Origin: Burkholderiales bacterium
GTDB taxonomy: Bacteria > Pseudomonadota > Gammaproteobacteria > Burkholderiales > SG8-41
NCBI GenBank assembly: GCA_035259925.1
Contig: DATFVY010000054.1
Coordinates: forward strand, 1 to 26,447
Direction: 5' to 3'
DNA length: 26,447 bases
Numbering within the stretch: position 1 is the first letter of the stretch; every line of letters begins with the position of its first letter. The notes beneath the pieces were generated by a model that was not told the DNA's origin, did no database searches, and saw only the letters and a list, made by a program, of their open reading frames with translations. The translations under genes were made by a program, and so were the position numbers. This document shows, one piece after another, positions 14,842 to 23,370 of the stretch.

Positions 14842-16248
14842 ATGGAAACCGTGCTGGACGGAGGCCTGCTCGACAGCATTTCGGCGTTCTGCCGTCAGAA
14901 CGGCATCGCCGAGTCCACTTTCGGCCGTCGCGCCGTCAACGATGGCAAATTCGTGGCCCGCTTGCGCGACGGCGCGCGCATCACCCCGGAAACGCTCGAG
15001 CGCGTGAGCGCGTACATGACCCGTCACGGCGCCGCGGCGCCGCAGTCACCGCCCGAGCTGCTGCGCCTGATTCGCGCTTCCAGCGGCCCCACGGCGCGCG
15101 TCGAGGGGGCGGCCGCGGACGGTGCTCCTTCCCGCACCTTTCGCTTTTTCGACAACCGGCAGAAATATCTCCTGTTCGTCAATACCTGCGGCGAGAAGGA
15201 GATGATCGCGCGCCGTGTCGGCATGGAGCTCGCGCACATTCATCCGCGCCCGCCCGCGGTGCGGGTGTTCGACGCCGGCATGGGTGACGGCACAGTGCTG
15301 ACGCGCGTCATGCGCGAAATGCACCGTCGCTTTCCCACCATGCCGTTCTATTTCGTGGCCAAGGAGATCAGCCTCGAGGACGTGCGCCTGTCCCTGGAGA
15401 AGATGGCCGACCGCTTGTTCGAGCATCCCGCGACGGTGCTCGTGGTGACCAACATGTATTACACGGAAGCGCCATGGCTCACCCCGAAGGCGCTGGCGGC
15501 GGCGACCTCGCTGGTCTGGCACGAAGTAGCACTCACCGGCACGACGGCCCATGAATTCAGCGAGCAGATCGCCGCGCTCGAGCCATTCCTCACGCGCAAC
15601 TGGCAGGCCCGCCACAGCCCCAAGACCGGCAATCCCGTGTACGAGCGCCCGGTGGCGCTGGTGATCTACCGCGAGGACTTCCGCTTCCTGCTCGACGAGG
15701 TCGTGCCCCGCCAGGGCAAGACGCGCGCCGACTACGACCTCGTGATCGCTTCCCAGCCCTATCGCGCGCGGGTCCCGGTCGCATTCAAGGCGTCGAAGGT
15801 CATCGGGCCGCTGGTGCGCGCTCTCGGTCGTGGCGGCAGGCTGCTCGGCATCCATTCCTTCGGACGTGACCCGGGCATGGAAATCGTGCACAAGATCTGG
15901 CCGCAGGAGGATCCCTTTCGCGCCGGGCGGCATGACGTGCTGCGCGCGGTACGCGATGAGCTGGGACGGGACGCGCGTCATTTCAACTTCAACTCCAACT
16001 CCGACGCGCGAGCGGTGTTCCGCTACGACATGTATACCCTGCCGAGCGAGATCTCGGAAAGCATCGGCACTTCGACCTTGTTCGCAGCCTGGAATGCCGC
16101 GGTTTACGTGGCGCAAATCGACGACGAGCGCCTGGCGCAGGTGGTGGCCGACCGACGGTATCTCGACGCGACCCGCGAGGTCCTCCGGGCCTGCAGCGGA
16201 CTCTGGTTCCTCGACGAGTCCTACGTCGTGTCGCGAAAGAGAGGCTGA
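14842..16248 (+). CDS. HTH-like N-terminal domain fused to class I SAM-dependent methyltransferase-like domain (468 aa)
   Basis: RBS AAGGAAGG. N-terminus LLDSISAFCRQNGIAESTFGRRAVNDGKFVARLRDG resembles a small Cro/XRE-like HTH. After an Ala/Pro linker comes SAM motif I VFDAGMGDG, then AKEISLED and YDLVIASQPY. Confidence 0.75.
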   Translation: METVLDGGLLDSISAFCRQNGIAESTFGRRAVNDGKFVARLRDGARITPETLERVSAYMTRHGAAAPQSPPELLRLIRASSGPTARVEGAAADGAPSRTFRFFDNRQKYLLFVNTCGEKEMIARRVGMELAHIHPRPPAVRVFDAGMGDGTVLTRVMREMHRRFPTMPFYFVAKEISLEDVRLSLEKMADRLFEHPATVLVVTNMYYTEAPWLTPKALAAATSLVWHEVALTGTTAHEFSEQIAALEPFLTRNWQARHSPKTGNPVYERPVALVIYREDFRFLLDEVVPRQGKTRADYDLVIASQPYRARVPVAFKASKVIGPLVRALGRGGRLLGIHSFGRDPGMEIVHKIWPQEDPFRAGRHDVLRAVRDELGRDARHFNFNSNSDARAVFRYDMYTLPSEISESIGTSTLFAAWNAAVYVAQIDDERLAQVVADRRYLDATREVLRACSGLWFLDESYVVSRKRG

Positions 16249-16249
16249 C

Positions 16250-17155
16250 ATGCCCGTCCCCGCGCCCGGTGCGCCGGTCCTGCCCCGCTCCGAAATCTCC
16301 AGCGGCATAGCCGACCTGATCGCCGCCGGCTCCCTCGAGATGACTGCCGACCGGGCGGATGACGCGCGCGCGATCGCAGCCCTGCTGCCCGCGGGCACGC
16401 GGATCTACGTGAATCACCTCCCCCGCCACTCGCTCGATGACTCGCTGTCGGCGCTGATAGCCGTGCGCGCAGCCGGGCTGGAGCCGGTGCCCCACATCGC
16501 GGCGCGACGCATACCGTCCCGCGCGACGGCGCGCATGTTCCTGGAGGAAGCCGTCCGCAAGGCCGGCGTGTCGAAGGTGCTGCTGCTCGGCGGCGATGAT
16601 CCGCAGCCGTGCGGCCCCTACCCCGATGGTGCGTCGCTGCTGCGCGACGGCGTGCTCGCCGGGAGCGGCCTGCGCGAGGTGGCGCTGCCCGGCTACCCGG
16701 AAGGGCACCCCGTCATTTCCCGCGAGGTCCTCGAGCGCGCCCTGATGGAGAAGCTCGAGCTGGCCTCCACGCAAGGGCTCGGGGCCTATCTGGTGACTCA
16801 GTTCTCATTCGCGCCGGCGCGCATCATCGAATACTGCGCCTGGCTGGCGCGGCGTATCCCCGACGCTCCGGTCTACGTCGGGCTGGCCGGTCCGACCGAC
16901 GCCCGGGCGCTCCTGCGCTTCGCGCAGCGCTGCGGGGTCAGCGCGTCACTGCGCGCGCTGCGGGCCCAGGGGATGGGCGCGGTCAATCTCGTCATGCACA
17001 CCGACCCGCGTGAACAGCTGGCTGCCATCGCTCGCTACTGCCTCGCGCATGCAGCGTGCAATGTGGTGGGGGCGCACCTGTTCACGTTCGGCGGTGCCGC
17101 GAGGGCCGCGGCGTGGATGAACCAGGTGATCGCATCGAAATACGGAGAGCTCTAG
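16250..17155 (+). CDS. Methylenetetrahydrofolate reductase-like (MetF-like) flavoprotein (301 aa)
   Basis: SLEMT (catalytic Glu position), PVPHIAARRI, VLLLGGD, PGYPEGHP, LVTQFSF, VYVGLAGP, HLFTFGG. ATG is 1 nt after the upstream TGA. Confidence 0.85.
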   Translation: MPVPAPGAPVLPRSEISSGIADLIAAGSLEMTADRADDARAIAALLPAGTRIYVNHLPRHSLDDSLSALIAVRAAGLEPVPHIAARRIPSRATARMFLEEAVRKAGVSKVLLLGGDDPQPCGPYPDGASLLRDGVLAGSGLREVALPGYPEGHPVISREVLERALMEKLELASTQGLGAYLVTQFSFAPARIIEYCAWLARRIPDAPVYVGLAGPTDARALLRFAQRCGVSASLRALRAQGMGAVNLVMHTDPREQLAAIARYCLAHAACNVVGAHLFTFGGAARAAAWMNQVIASKYGEL

Positions 17156-17856
17156 CGCGCGCGGGCTGCGGCCGTGGCTTCGACCCAGGTCGAGATCTCG
17201 TCGAGCAAGGCGGTGACTGCCTGGTTGAACGCGTTGACCGCGGCGGAGGCATTGTCGCCGCCGGTGGCGGCGGACTGCGAAAACCTGCGCCGCGCCAGCA
17301 TGGTGCGCTCCGCGTAATCGACTATTTCCGCCGTCACCTCCACCACGACGCGGCCGGGACCCGTGCTCGCGTTGGTTTCCTGGTAGAGCTCCTCGAGCCG
17401 GGTGTTGAGCACGACGTCGCCCCTGATGCCCGCGGTCGTGAAGGCAACCGAGCTGAAGGCGCCACGCGCCTCCAGGCGGTGCATCAGCAACTCGGAGAAT
17501 CTGCGCCCGGGACGCTCCGTCCAGCCGGCAAACTGGTAGTAGCCACGCTGCCCGGCGGCCCGGCTGTAGGCCATGCTCTGCGTGTCATAGAACGCGCTCG
17601 TCACCGTCGGGTTGATGAGCAGTGTACGGCTCACCCCTTTGGCGGGAGGTTTCGCCGCCGCCGGCTTGGCGAGGTCGCTGAGCACGAAGTATTGCTGAGG
17701 AGGAACGGCGGCGGGATTGGGCAGGCAACCCGCCAGCCCCGTTCCGAGCGCACACAGCAGCAGCACGCGCACCGTATTCCGCACGCCGGCTCGTCCAGGC
17801 ATCGCCCGGATCGGGGTCAGCAATCCCAGCGCCAGCGCCGCGATGGACGTTCTCAC
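17152..17856 (-). CDS. ABC-type transport auxiliary lipoprotein (PqiC-like)
   Basis: Lipobox LAG-C, PTVTSAFYDTQSMAY, YQFAGWTERPG; last gene of the MCE operon. The true start may be downstream of GTG 17856. Confidence 0.85.
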   Translation of the reverse strand: MRTSIAALALGLLTPIRAMPGRAGVRNTVRVLLLCALGTGLAGCLPNPAAVPPQQYFVLSDLAKPAAAKPPAKGVSRTLLINPTVTSAFYDTQSMAYSRAAGQRGYYQFAGWTERPGRRFSELLMHRLEARGAFSSVAFTTAGIRGDVVLNTRLEELYQETNASTGPGRVVVEVTAEIVDYAERTMLARRRFSQSAATGGDNASAAVNAFNQAVTALLDEISTWVEATAAARAR

Positions 17857-18800
17857 CGCATTTGCTCCCCGGGGCCAAGCTGCGCCGGATTCGGCCCGAA
17901 AATCACCGCGCGGGGATCCTGCAGCCGGTCGGCGGCGCGGGCCAGGATCTCTGCGCTCGCGCGCAGCTCCTGAGCGGTTGCACGCAACTCGAGCACGCCG
18001 GTGTGGGTGGCGGCATCGAGGGACTTCGAGAGCGTGGTGGTCGCCCGCTCCAGCGCCTGGGCCGCCTTGGAAAGGTCGCGCAGCGCGACGTCCGCCTGAT
18101 TCGCCACGGGCTGCGCACTCTTGCTGAGGTTGTCCACGCCAGCCGCGATCTCGCGGCTCGCCTTTCCAAAATCGGCCGCGGTCTTCTCCAGGGCGCTCGC
18201 CACCTCGTCAAAGCGGCCCACGCGCTTGGCGAGACCGCCGGAAAGCTCGCGCAGATTCGCCAACGTCGCCCTGAACGCGTCGCGGTTGTCCTTGTCCAGC
18301 AGCTCCTCCACGTTTCCAAGGGCGGCTGCGCCGGTGATCGCCAGCCGGTTCATGGCGCCTGTCAGCTGCTCAATGTCCGAATGCCCCTCGGCGATGACCG
18401 GGTTGTCCTCGCCGGAGCGGACTTCCGTCAATTCGGGCCCCGGACGGCCAGGCGTCACCAGGTTGATGCGCGCGAGGCCGGTCAGAATATTCCGGTCGAC
18501 GACTGCGACCGTATTGGTGCTGACCGGCGAATTCTTGTCGATGCGGATCGTCACGCGGACCAGGTTGATGTTGTCGCGTGAGATCGAATACTGCTCGACG
18601 CGCCCCACCTTGACGCCGCGGATATTGACGTCGCCTCCGACTTGCAGGCCCTCCAGTGACTGCCGCTCGAAGTAGATCGTGTAGTAGCGGAAGTCGGTCC
18701 GCGCGCCGGTGCGCGCAAGCCATACCATGGCGAGGACGACTGCAAGCACGAGGCAGACCAGCGTCGCGCCGACGGTCTTATAGTGGGCTTCCGCTTCCAT
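17853..18800 (-). CDS. MlaD/MCE family protein (315 aa)
   Basis: MEAEAHYKTVG, a TM anchor, SLEGLQVGGDVNIRGVKVGRV, NILTGLARINL and a C-terminal heptad/helical region. Confidence 0.92.
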   Translation of the reverse strand: MEAEAHYKTVGATLVCLVLAVVLAMVWLARTGARTDFRYYTIYFERQSLEGLQVGGDVNIRGVKVGRVEQYSISRDNINLVRVTIRIDKNSPVSTNTVAVVDRNILTGLARINLVTPGRPGPELTEVRSGEDNPVIAEGHSDIEQLTGAMNRLAITGAAALGNVEELLDKDNRDAFRATLANLRELSGGLAKRVGRFDEVASALEKTAADFGKASREIAAGVDNLSKSAQPVANQADVALRDLSKAAQALERATTTLSKSLDAATHTGVLELRATAQELRASAEILARAADRLQDPRAVIFGPNPAQLGPGEQMR

Positions 18801-18806
18801 CGTCGT

Positions 18807-19565
18807 TCAACCTCCGAGCATTCTGCGCACGTGGAAGTAAGACTGCAACCACGGATCGTCGACCCGGCACACGTCCCTCACCGGCCCGTCCGCGATTACT
18901 TTCCCGCGCGCGAGCACGATCGCGCGGTCGACGATGCCGAGCAGGGTATCGAGGTCGTGAGTCACGAGCAGCACCGTCAATCCGAGATCGTCGCACAGAA
19001 AGCGCACGAGCCGGTCGAAGCCGCGCGCGGTAATCGGGTCGAGCCCGGAGGTCGGCTCGTCGAGGAACAGCACCTCGGGCTCGAGCGCAAGCGCCCTTGC
19101 TATCGCAGCACGCTTGCGCATGCCGCCGGAAAGCTCGCTCGGCATCTTGGTGGCGGCTTCGGCCGGCAAGCCCGCGAGCGCGATACGCAGCCGCACGAGG
19201 GGGCCGAGAAGGTGCGGTGGCACCGGAGCATGCTCGATCAGCGGCGTGGCAACGTTCTGCTCGACAGTGAGCGAGGAAAACAGCGCGCCATCCTGGAACA
19301 GCATCCCGAAGCGCCGGCGCAGGGCGGCCATCTCGTCCTCCGTGGCGCTCCAGACATCGGTCCCGAGCACCCTCACCCGCCCCGAGGTCGGTTGCAGCAA
19401 GCCGATGATCTCCCGCACCAGCACCGATTTGCCGCTGCCGCTCCCGCCGATCATGCCGACGATCTGTCCGCGGGGGACGGTGAAGGAGACGCCGTCGTGC
19501 ACCGTCTGGTCGCCGAAACGGGTCACGATCGAGTCCACTTCGATGGCCGGAACGGCGGTGTTCAA
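18807..19565 (-). CDS. ABC transporter ATP-binding protein, MlaF/Mkl-like (252 aa)
   Basis: Walker A GGSGSGKS, Q-loop MLFQDGALF, signature LSGGMRKR, Walker B LFLDEPTSGLDP, VTHD. TTG 19565 overlaps the upstream TGA (TTGA). Confidence 0.92.
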   Translation of the reverse strand: MNTAVPAIEVDSIVTRFGDQTVHDGVSFTVPRGQIVGMIGGSGSGKSVLVREIIGLLQPTSGRVRVLGTDVWSATEDEMAALRRRFGMLFQDGALFSSLTVEQNVATPLIEHAPVPPHLLGPLVRLRIALAGLPAEAATKMPSELSGGMRKRAAIARALALEPEVLFLDEPTSGLDPITARGFDRLVRFLCDDLGLTVLLVTHDLDTLLGIVDRAIVLARGKVIADGPVRDVCRVDDPWLQSYFHVRRMLGG

Positions 19566-20683
19566 ATCCCTATCTCCTGAAACAGGACGGCAAAAAAAGC
19601 ATCGAGCAGAATCACAGCAACGATGCATTGCACGACCGTGGAGGTCGTATTGATGCCGATGGAGCGCGAATCGCGGCTCACTGTCATGCCCATGCGGCAG
19701 CCGATGATCGCAATGAAGGCCGCGAATACCGACGCCTTGACCAGCCCGACGGTGACGTGGTCGAGGTTCAGTTCCGCGTGCACCCGCTCGATGAAGGTCG
19801 TGGGCGTGATGTCGAGCAGCGGGTTGGCCACGGTCATTGCGCCCGCCATGCCGGAGATGTCCCCGACGAACACGAGCAGCGGCAGGGCGACAATCAGGGC
19901 GACAAAACGTGGAATCACCAGCACCTGCATGGGCGACAAACCCAGCGTGCGGATGGCGTCGATCTCCTCGGTCAGCAGCATCGTGCCGAGCTGGGCGGTG
20001 AACGCAGCCCCCGAGCGGCCGGCAACGATGACCGCGACAATGATCGGCGACAGCTCGCGGCAGGTGCCGATCGCGACCGCATCGACGACCAGAATGTTCG
20101 CTCCGTACTTTTCTGCCTGCATCCCGAACAGGTAGGCGAGCACCACGCCGATCAGGAAGGTGACGAGCACGACGACCGGGATCGCCTTGATGCAGGTTTG
20201 TTCGAACTGGGCGGTGAGCTCCTTCAGCCGCAGCGCCCGTGGACGCCGCGCCAGGTCGCCCAGGGCGGACGCCGAGCGCCCGAAGAAGCCGAGATGTCCT
20301 TCCATCAGCCCGCGGAAATCGATTACGTGCATGCCGATCAGGGCCAGGGGAGGGACGCGGCGCGCACGCGGGCCTTCGGTTGCCGTATCGAGGAGCCGTG
20401 CGCGGACCGCCTCGATCACGCGCTTGTGGCTGGCGTTGAAGCCGGCAAGTCCTTCGACGCTTGCGCCGGCCCCTGCAACGCGCTGCAGCAGGGCCAGCGC
20501 GGCGGCGGTGTCGAGTGCGGCGAGTTCGGCACCGTCCAGCGTCAAGGGCAGCGCCGTCATTTCCGTAGCGGCGAGCGCAGCATCGATCTCGGCGAGCCGT
20601 GGCAGGCGCCAGTCGCCCGCGAGAAAAAGCGTCGCCTGTCCCTCGCGCTGTTCCAGGCGGCAAAAGTGGTGCGGCGTATCCAT
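19562..20683 (-). CDS. MlaE family ABC permease with N-terminal STAS-like domain (373 aa)
   Basis: LFLAGDW and LAALDTAAALAL (STAS-like), then RELSPIIVAVIVAGRSGAAFTAQLGTM.LTEEIDA and GINTTSTVV. The ORF-track extension to 20911 overlaps the SemiSWEET gene and is rejected. Confidence 0.92.
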   Translation of the reverse strand: MDTPHHFCRLEQREGQATLFLAGDWRLPRLAEIDAALAATEMTALPLTLDGAELAALDTAAALALLQRVAGAGASVEGLAGFNASHKRVIEAVRARLLDTATEGPRARRVPPLALIGMHVIDFRGLMEGHLGFFGRSASALGDLARRPRALRLKELTAQFEQTCIKAIPVVVLVTFLIGVVLAYLFGMQAEKYGANILVVDAVAIGTCRELSPIIVAVIVAGRSGAAFTAQLGTMLLTEEIDAIRTLGLSPMQVLVIPRFVALIVALPLLVFVGDISGMAGAMTVANPLLDITPTTFIERVHAELNLDHVTVGLVKASVFAAFIAIIGCRMGMTVSRDSRSIGINTTSTVVQCIVAVILLDAFFAVLFQEIGI

Positions 20684-20836
20684 CGACGGGCGGCTGCGTT
20701 TATCCGTATTCGTCGCCAGGGACGTACTATATCGCTCCGGGCTGCATATTTCCCATGGGGGAGCGGGAAAACGCGGTTCTTCGCCCGGCGTCGCGTATCC
20801 TATTCCAGCGGGATACAGGCATACGACAGGAATCCA

Positions 20837-21091
20837 ATGAACCCCATCGATCCGATCGGCTATCTGGCCGCCACGCTGACCACCATCGCGTTCATCCCCC
20901 AGGTGCTGCATACCTGGCGCCTGCGCTCGGCGAGCGGGATTTCGCTGGGCATGTACTTCATATTCACGATCGGGATCGGCCTGTGGCTGATCTACGGCAT
21001 CCTGCTCGGCGCGTGGCCGATCATTATCGCCAATGCGGTAACGCTCGCCTTGACGGCGTCAGTCCTGGTGCTGGCGCTTCGCTATCGTTGA
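20837..21091 (+). CDS. SemiSWEET / PQ-loop sugar transporter (84 aa)
   Basis: MNPIDPIGYLAATLTTIAFIPQVLHTWRLRSASGISLGMYFIFTIGIGLWLIYG..WPIIIAN: three TM helices with the PQ motif. AGGA upstream of the ATG. Present in the ORF track only as the tail of ORF 19628..21091. Confidence 0.92.
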   Translation: MNPIDPIGYLAATLTTIAFIPQVLHTWRLRSASGISLGMYFIFTIGIGLWLIYGILLGAWPIIIANAVTLALTASVLVLALRYR

Positions 21092-21111
21092 GCGTCGCCG
21101 CGCTTCGAGCG

Positions 21112-23370
21112 CTATTTCTTGCCCATCTGCTCCAACGCCTGCTGCAGACTCACCTTCGCATCGGCATTGTCCTGCTCAGCCGATTTGCGCAGCCAGGCCA
21201 GGCCTTCTTCGCGGTCCTCCCGGGTGCCCCGGCCCGCCCAGTAGAACTTGCCGGCCTGCAGCTGTCCCCAGGCATCGCCCAGCTTGGCCGAAGCGAGATA
21301 GTCCCGGAAGGCCAGTTCCTGTCTGCCCTGCTGCTGGTGCCTCCACCCGCGCTGGTTGTAGGCATGGTGGGACCGGGGATCGACCTCGATGACGAGGTTC
21401 AGCACCTCGATGACGTCTTCCGCGGCGTTGGAGCGGGCCGCGGCGGAGACCGCGCGCTCCAGGCAGTAGCGGGTATCACGCACTTTGGAAAGTGCGAGCT
21501 TGACGTCCGCGAACGCCTCAGCGTCGCGCTTGAGCTGGCTCAGGACATACGAGCGCTCGCACAAGGCGCGGGCATCGGCGTAGAGCGCGATGGATTCGTC
21601 GTAGAGCTGCAGCGCCTGAGTAAAATCCTTGTCCTGCTGACGTTCGTGCGCGCGGTACGCCGGGATTCGTGCCGCCACGCGCGCGGCTGATTCGGGATCC
21701 TTGAGCTGCGCGCGGGATTCCGCCACGAACGCTTCCATTTCCGCGAGGCTGCCGCCCCAGCGCGGTTCCAGACTGCTCAAGTAGGCGAGCCTCAGCTCCA
21801 CGCTCTGCGGCGCGAGTTTGACGGCCTCCGCATACTGCGCTTTGGCCCCGCCGCGGCGGCCGCCAGCCAAGCGTGTGACCGACATCAGCAGCAGGCGGCT
21901 CAGGTAGGGCTTTTGCGTCAACTTGAGCGATCGCTCAAGGTCGCGCCGCGCCTTGGCCATGTAGTTGCGCATCGCCTCGACATTCTCGTCCGGCGTGTCC
22001 TTGATGAACGCGGTCCCCCGCGCATCCAGCCCCTGCGCATAGTAGTAGCTGCCGCGCGCGACCAGCGCGGCGTAGGAAGCGGGATATTTCCCCACCCATT
22101 CGGTGAGTGCGGCCTCCCCGCTTCGCGGGACTTTCCGGAACGCGCCAAAGGCGTTTTCCAGCTGCCGGGTGGTGCCCGGATCGGCCTCGAAGGCCCATTG
22201 GTGACCGCCGAGCAGGCGCTCCAGCGCCTCGTAGTCGCGCTTGCCCAGCAGGTCGATGATCTGCCGCTGCACCGGGTCGACGGCGACGAGCTTGGGGCTT
22301 TCGGCCACCGCCGCGTCACCGCCCTCCTCCCCGGCTGTCGTTTCGCCGGTTTGCGCGTCCGGGAGGACTCCGCCCGAGAGACTGGCACGCTCGTCGGTCG
22401 GCGGGTGCGACAGGAGGAAGCTCGGAAAGATGCCGCGCCGCGGCTCGTCGTCGTCTTCCAGGCGCGCCAGGATCGTGGCAAAGTGGCGCGGCTCGATGCC
22501 GGCCTTGCGCATCAGCGCCACGGCATAGGCATCGGCCTCGCGCTCGTTGTCGCGCGAGTACTTGGCCTGTAACAGCAAGGTCGGGGCCGCGGCGGCCAGC
22601 GACGTCGTCGAGGCGATGTCGCCCGTTACTGCGGCGATAATGAGCGCAGTCGCCGAGCCCTCGAGCAGACGCCGCATCGTGTGCCTGTGATGCACGTGGC
22701 CCAGCTCGTGCGCCAGGACAGCGAGCACTTCCTGGTCGTTCCGGGCGCGCTTCACCAGCTCATCCGTCATGACGATGATGCCGGACGGCAGCGCAAACGC
22801 GTTCGGGCCGATGATCGGGCTCGCGCGAAACTCCAGGCGATAGGGAACCGGCGGGTCGGCGAGGCGTGCCATGGCCTCGAACTTGGTGGTGAGGGTTTTC
22901 TGCCGGACCGGTGGCAGCTTCGAAGGCTTCATCAAGCTCCTGTCGATCCCCGCGAGCGTCTCGCGTCCCAGCGCCGCTTCGGCCTCCACCGGGATGCGGT
23001 TGGCGATCTGCTCGATCGCCACCGGCAGCACGCGATAGAGCAGCACCCACAACGCCGCCACTACCAGCCCTATGGCGAGCACCGCGTAGACCGGCCGCGA
23101 CTCCCACGTGTGCAGGACCCGCTCGTAGTGCCGGTCGCGTGTCATGCGGTCAACCGCATCGTTGTCGGCCGTCACGCAGGCCCCGCCGCCCGGCAGATAG
23201 AGCCAGCGCGGAGTATTGGCTATGCGGAGCGACCGGCGTACCCCGCGCGCGTCGAATTCCACGTCCACGTCGCGGCCGACCACCTTGAGCTTGTTGCCCG
23301 TGATCAAGACGCTCACCGGGCGCTTGAGCGAGTTCTTGCCGTCGAAGTAATCGGCCTGCAGGACGCTCAT
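21112..23370 (-). CDS. M48 family zinc metalloprotease with C-terminal DUF4034-like, TPR and Sel1-like repeats (752 aa)
   Basis: MSVLQADYFDG start overlaps the yjgN stop (ATGA). GPNAFALPSG, HELGH (22696-22710), YSRDNEREAD, LSHP. The C-terminal half has WVGKYPASYAALVARG..DARG, TPR-like AYNQRGWRHQQQG and Sel1-like GQLQAGKFYWAGRG..WLRKSAEQDNADA. Confidence 0.88.
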   Translation of the reverse strand: MSVLQADYFDGKNSLKRPVSVLITGNKLKVVGRDVDVEFDARGVRRSLRIANTPRWLYLPGGGACVTADNDAVDRMTRDRHYERVLHTWESRPVYAVLAIGLVVAALWVLLYRVLPVAIEQIANRIPVEAEAALGRETLAGIDRSLMKPSKLPPVRQKTLTTKFEAMARLADPPVPYRLEFRASPIIGPNAFALPSGIIVMTDELVKRARNDQEVLAVLAHELGHVHHRHTMRRLLEGSATALIIAAVTGDIASTTSLAAAAPTLLLQAKYSRDNEREADAYAVALMRKAGIEPRHFATILARLEDDDEPRRGIFPSFLLSHPPTDERASLSGGVLPDAQTGETTAGEEGGDAAVAESPKLVAVDPVQRQIIDLLGKRDYEALERLLGGHQWAFEADPGTTRQLENAFGAFRKVPRSGEAALTEWVGKYPASYAALVARGSYYYAQGLDARGTAFIKDTPDENVEAMRNYMAKARRDLERSLKLTQKPYLSRLLLMSVTRLAGGRRGGAKAQYAEAVKLAPQSVELRLAYLSSLEPRWGGSLAEMEAFVAESRAQLKDPESAARVAARIPAYRAHERQQDKDFTQALQLYDESIALYADARALCERSYVLSQLKRDAEAFADVKLALSKVRDTRYCLERAVSAAARSNAAEDVIEVLNLVIEVDPRSHHAYNQRGWRHQQQGRQELAFRDYLASAKLGDAWGQLQAGKFYWAGRGTREDREEGLAWLRKSAEQDNADAKVSLQQALEQMGKK

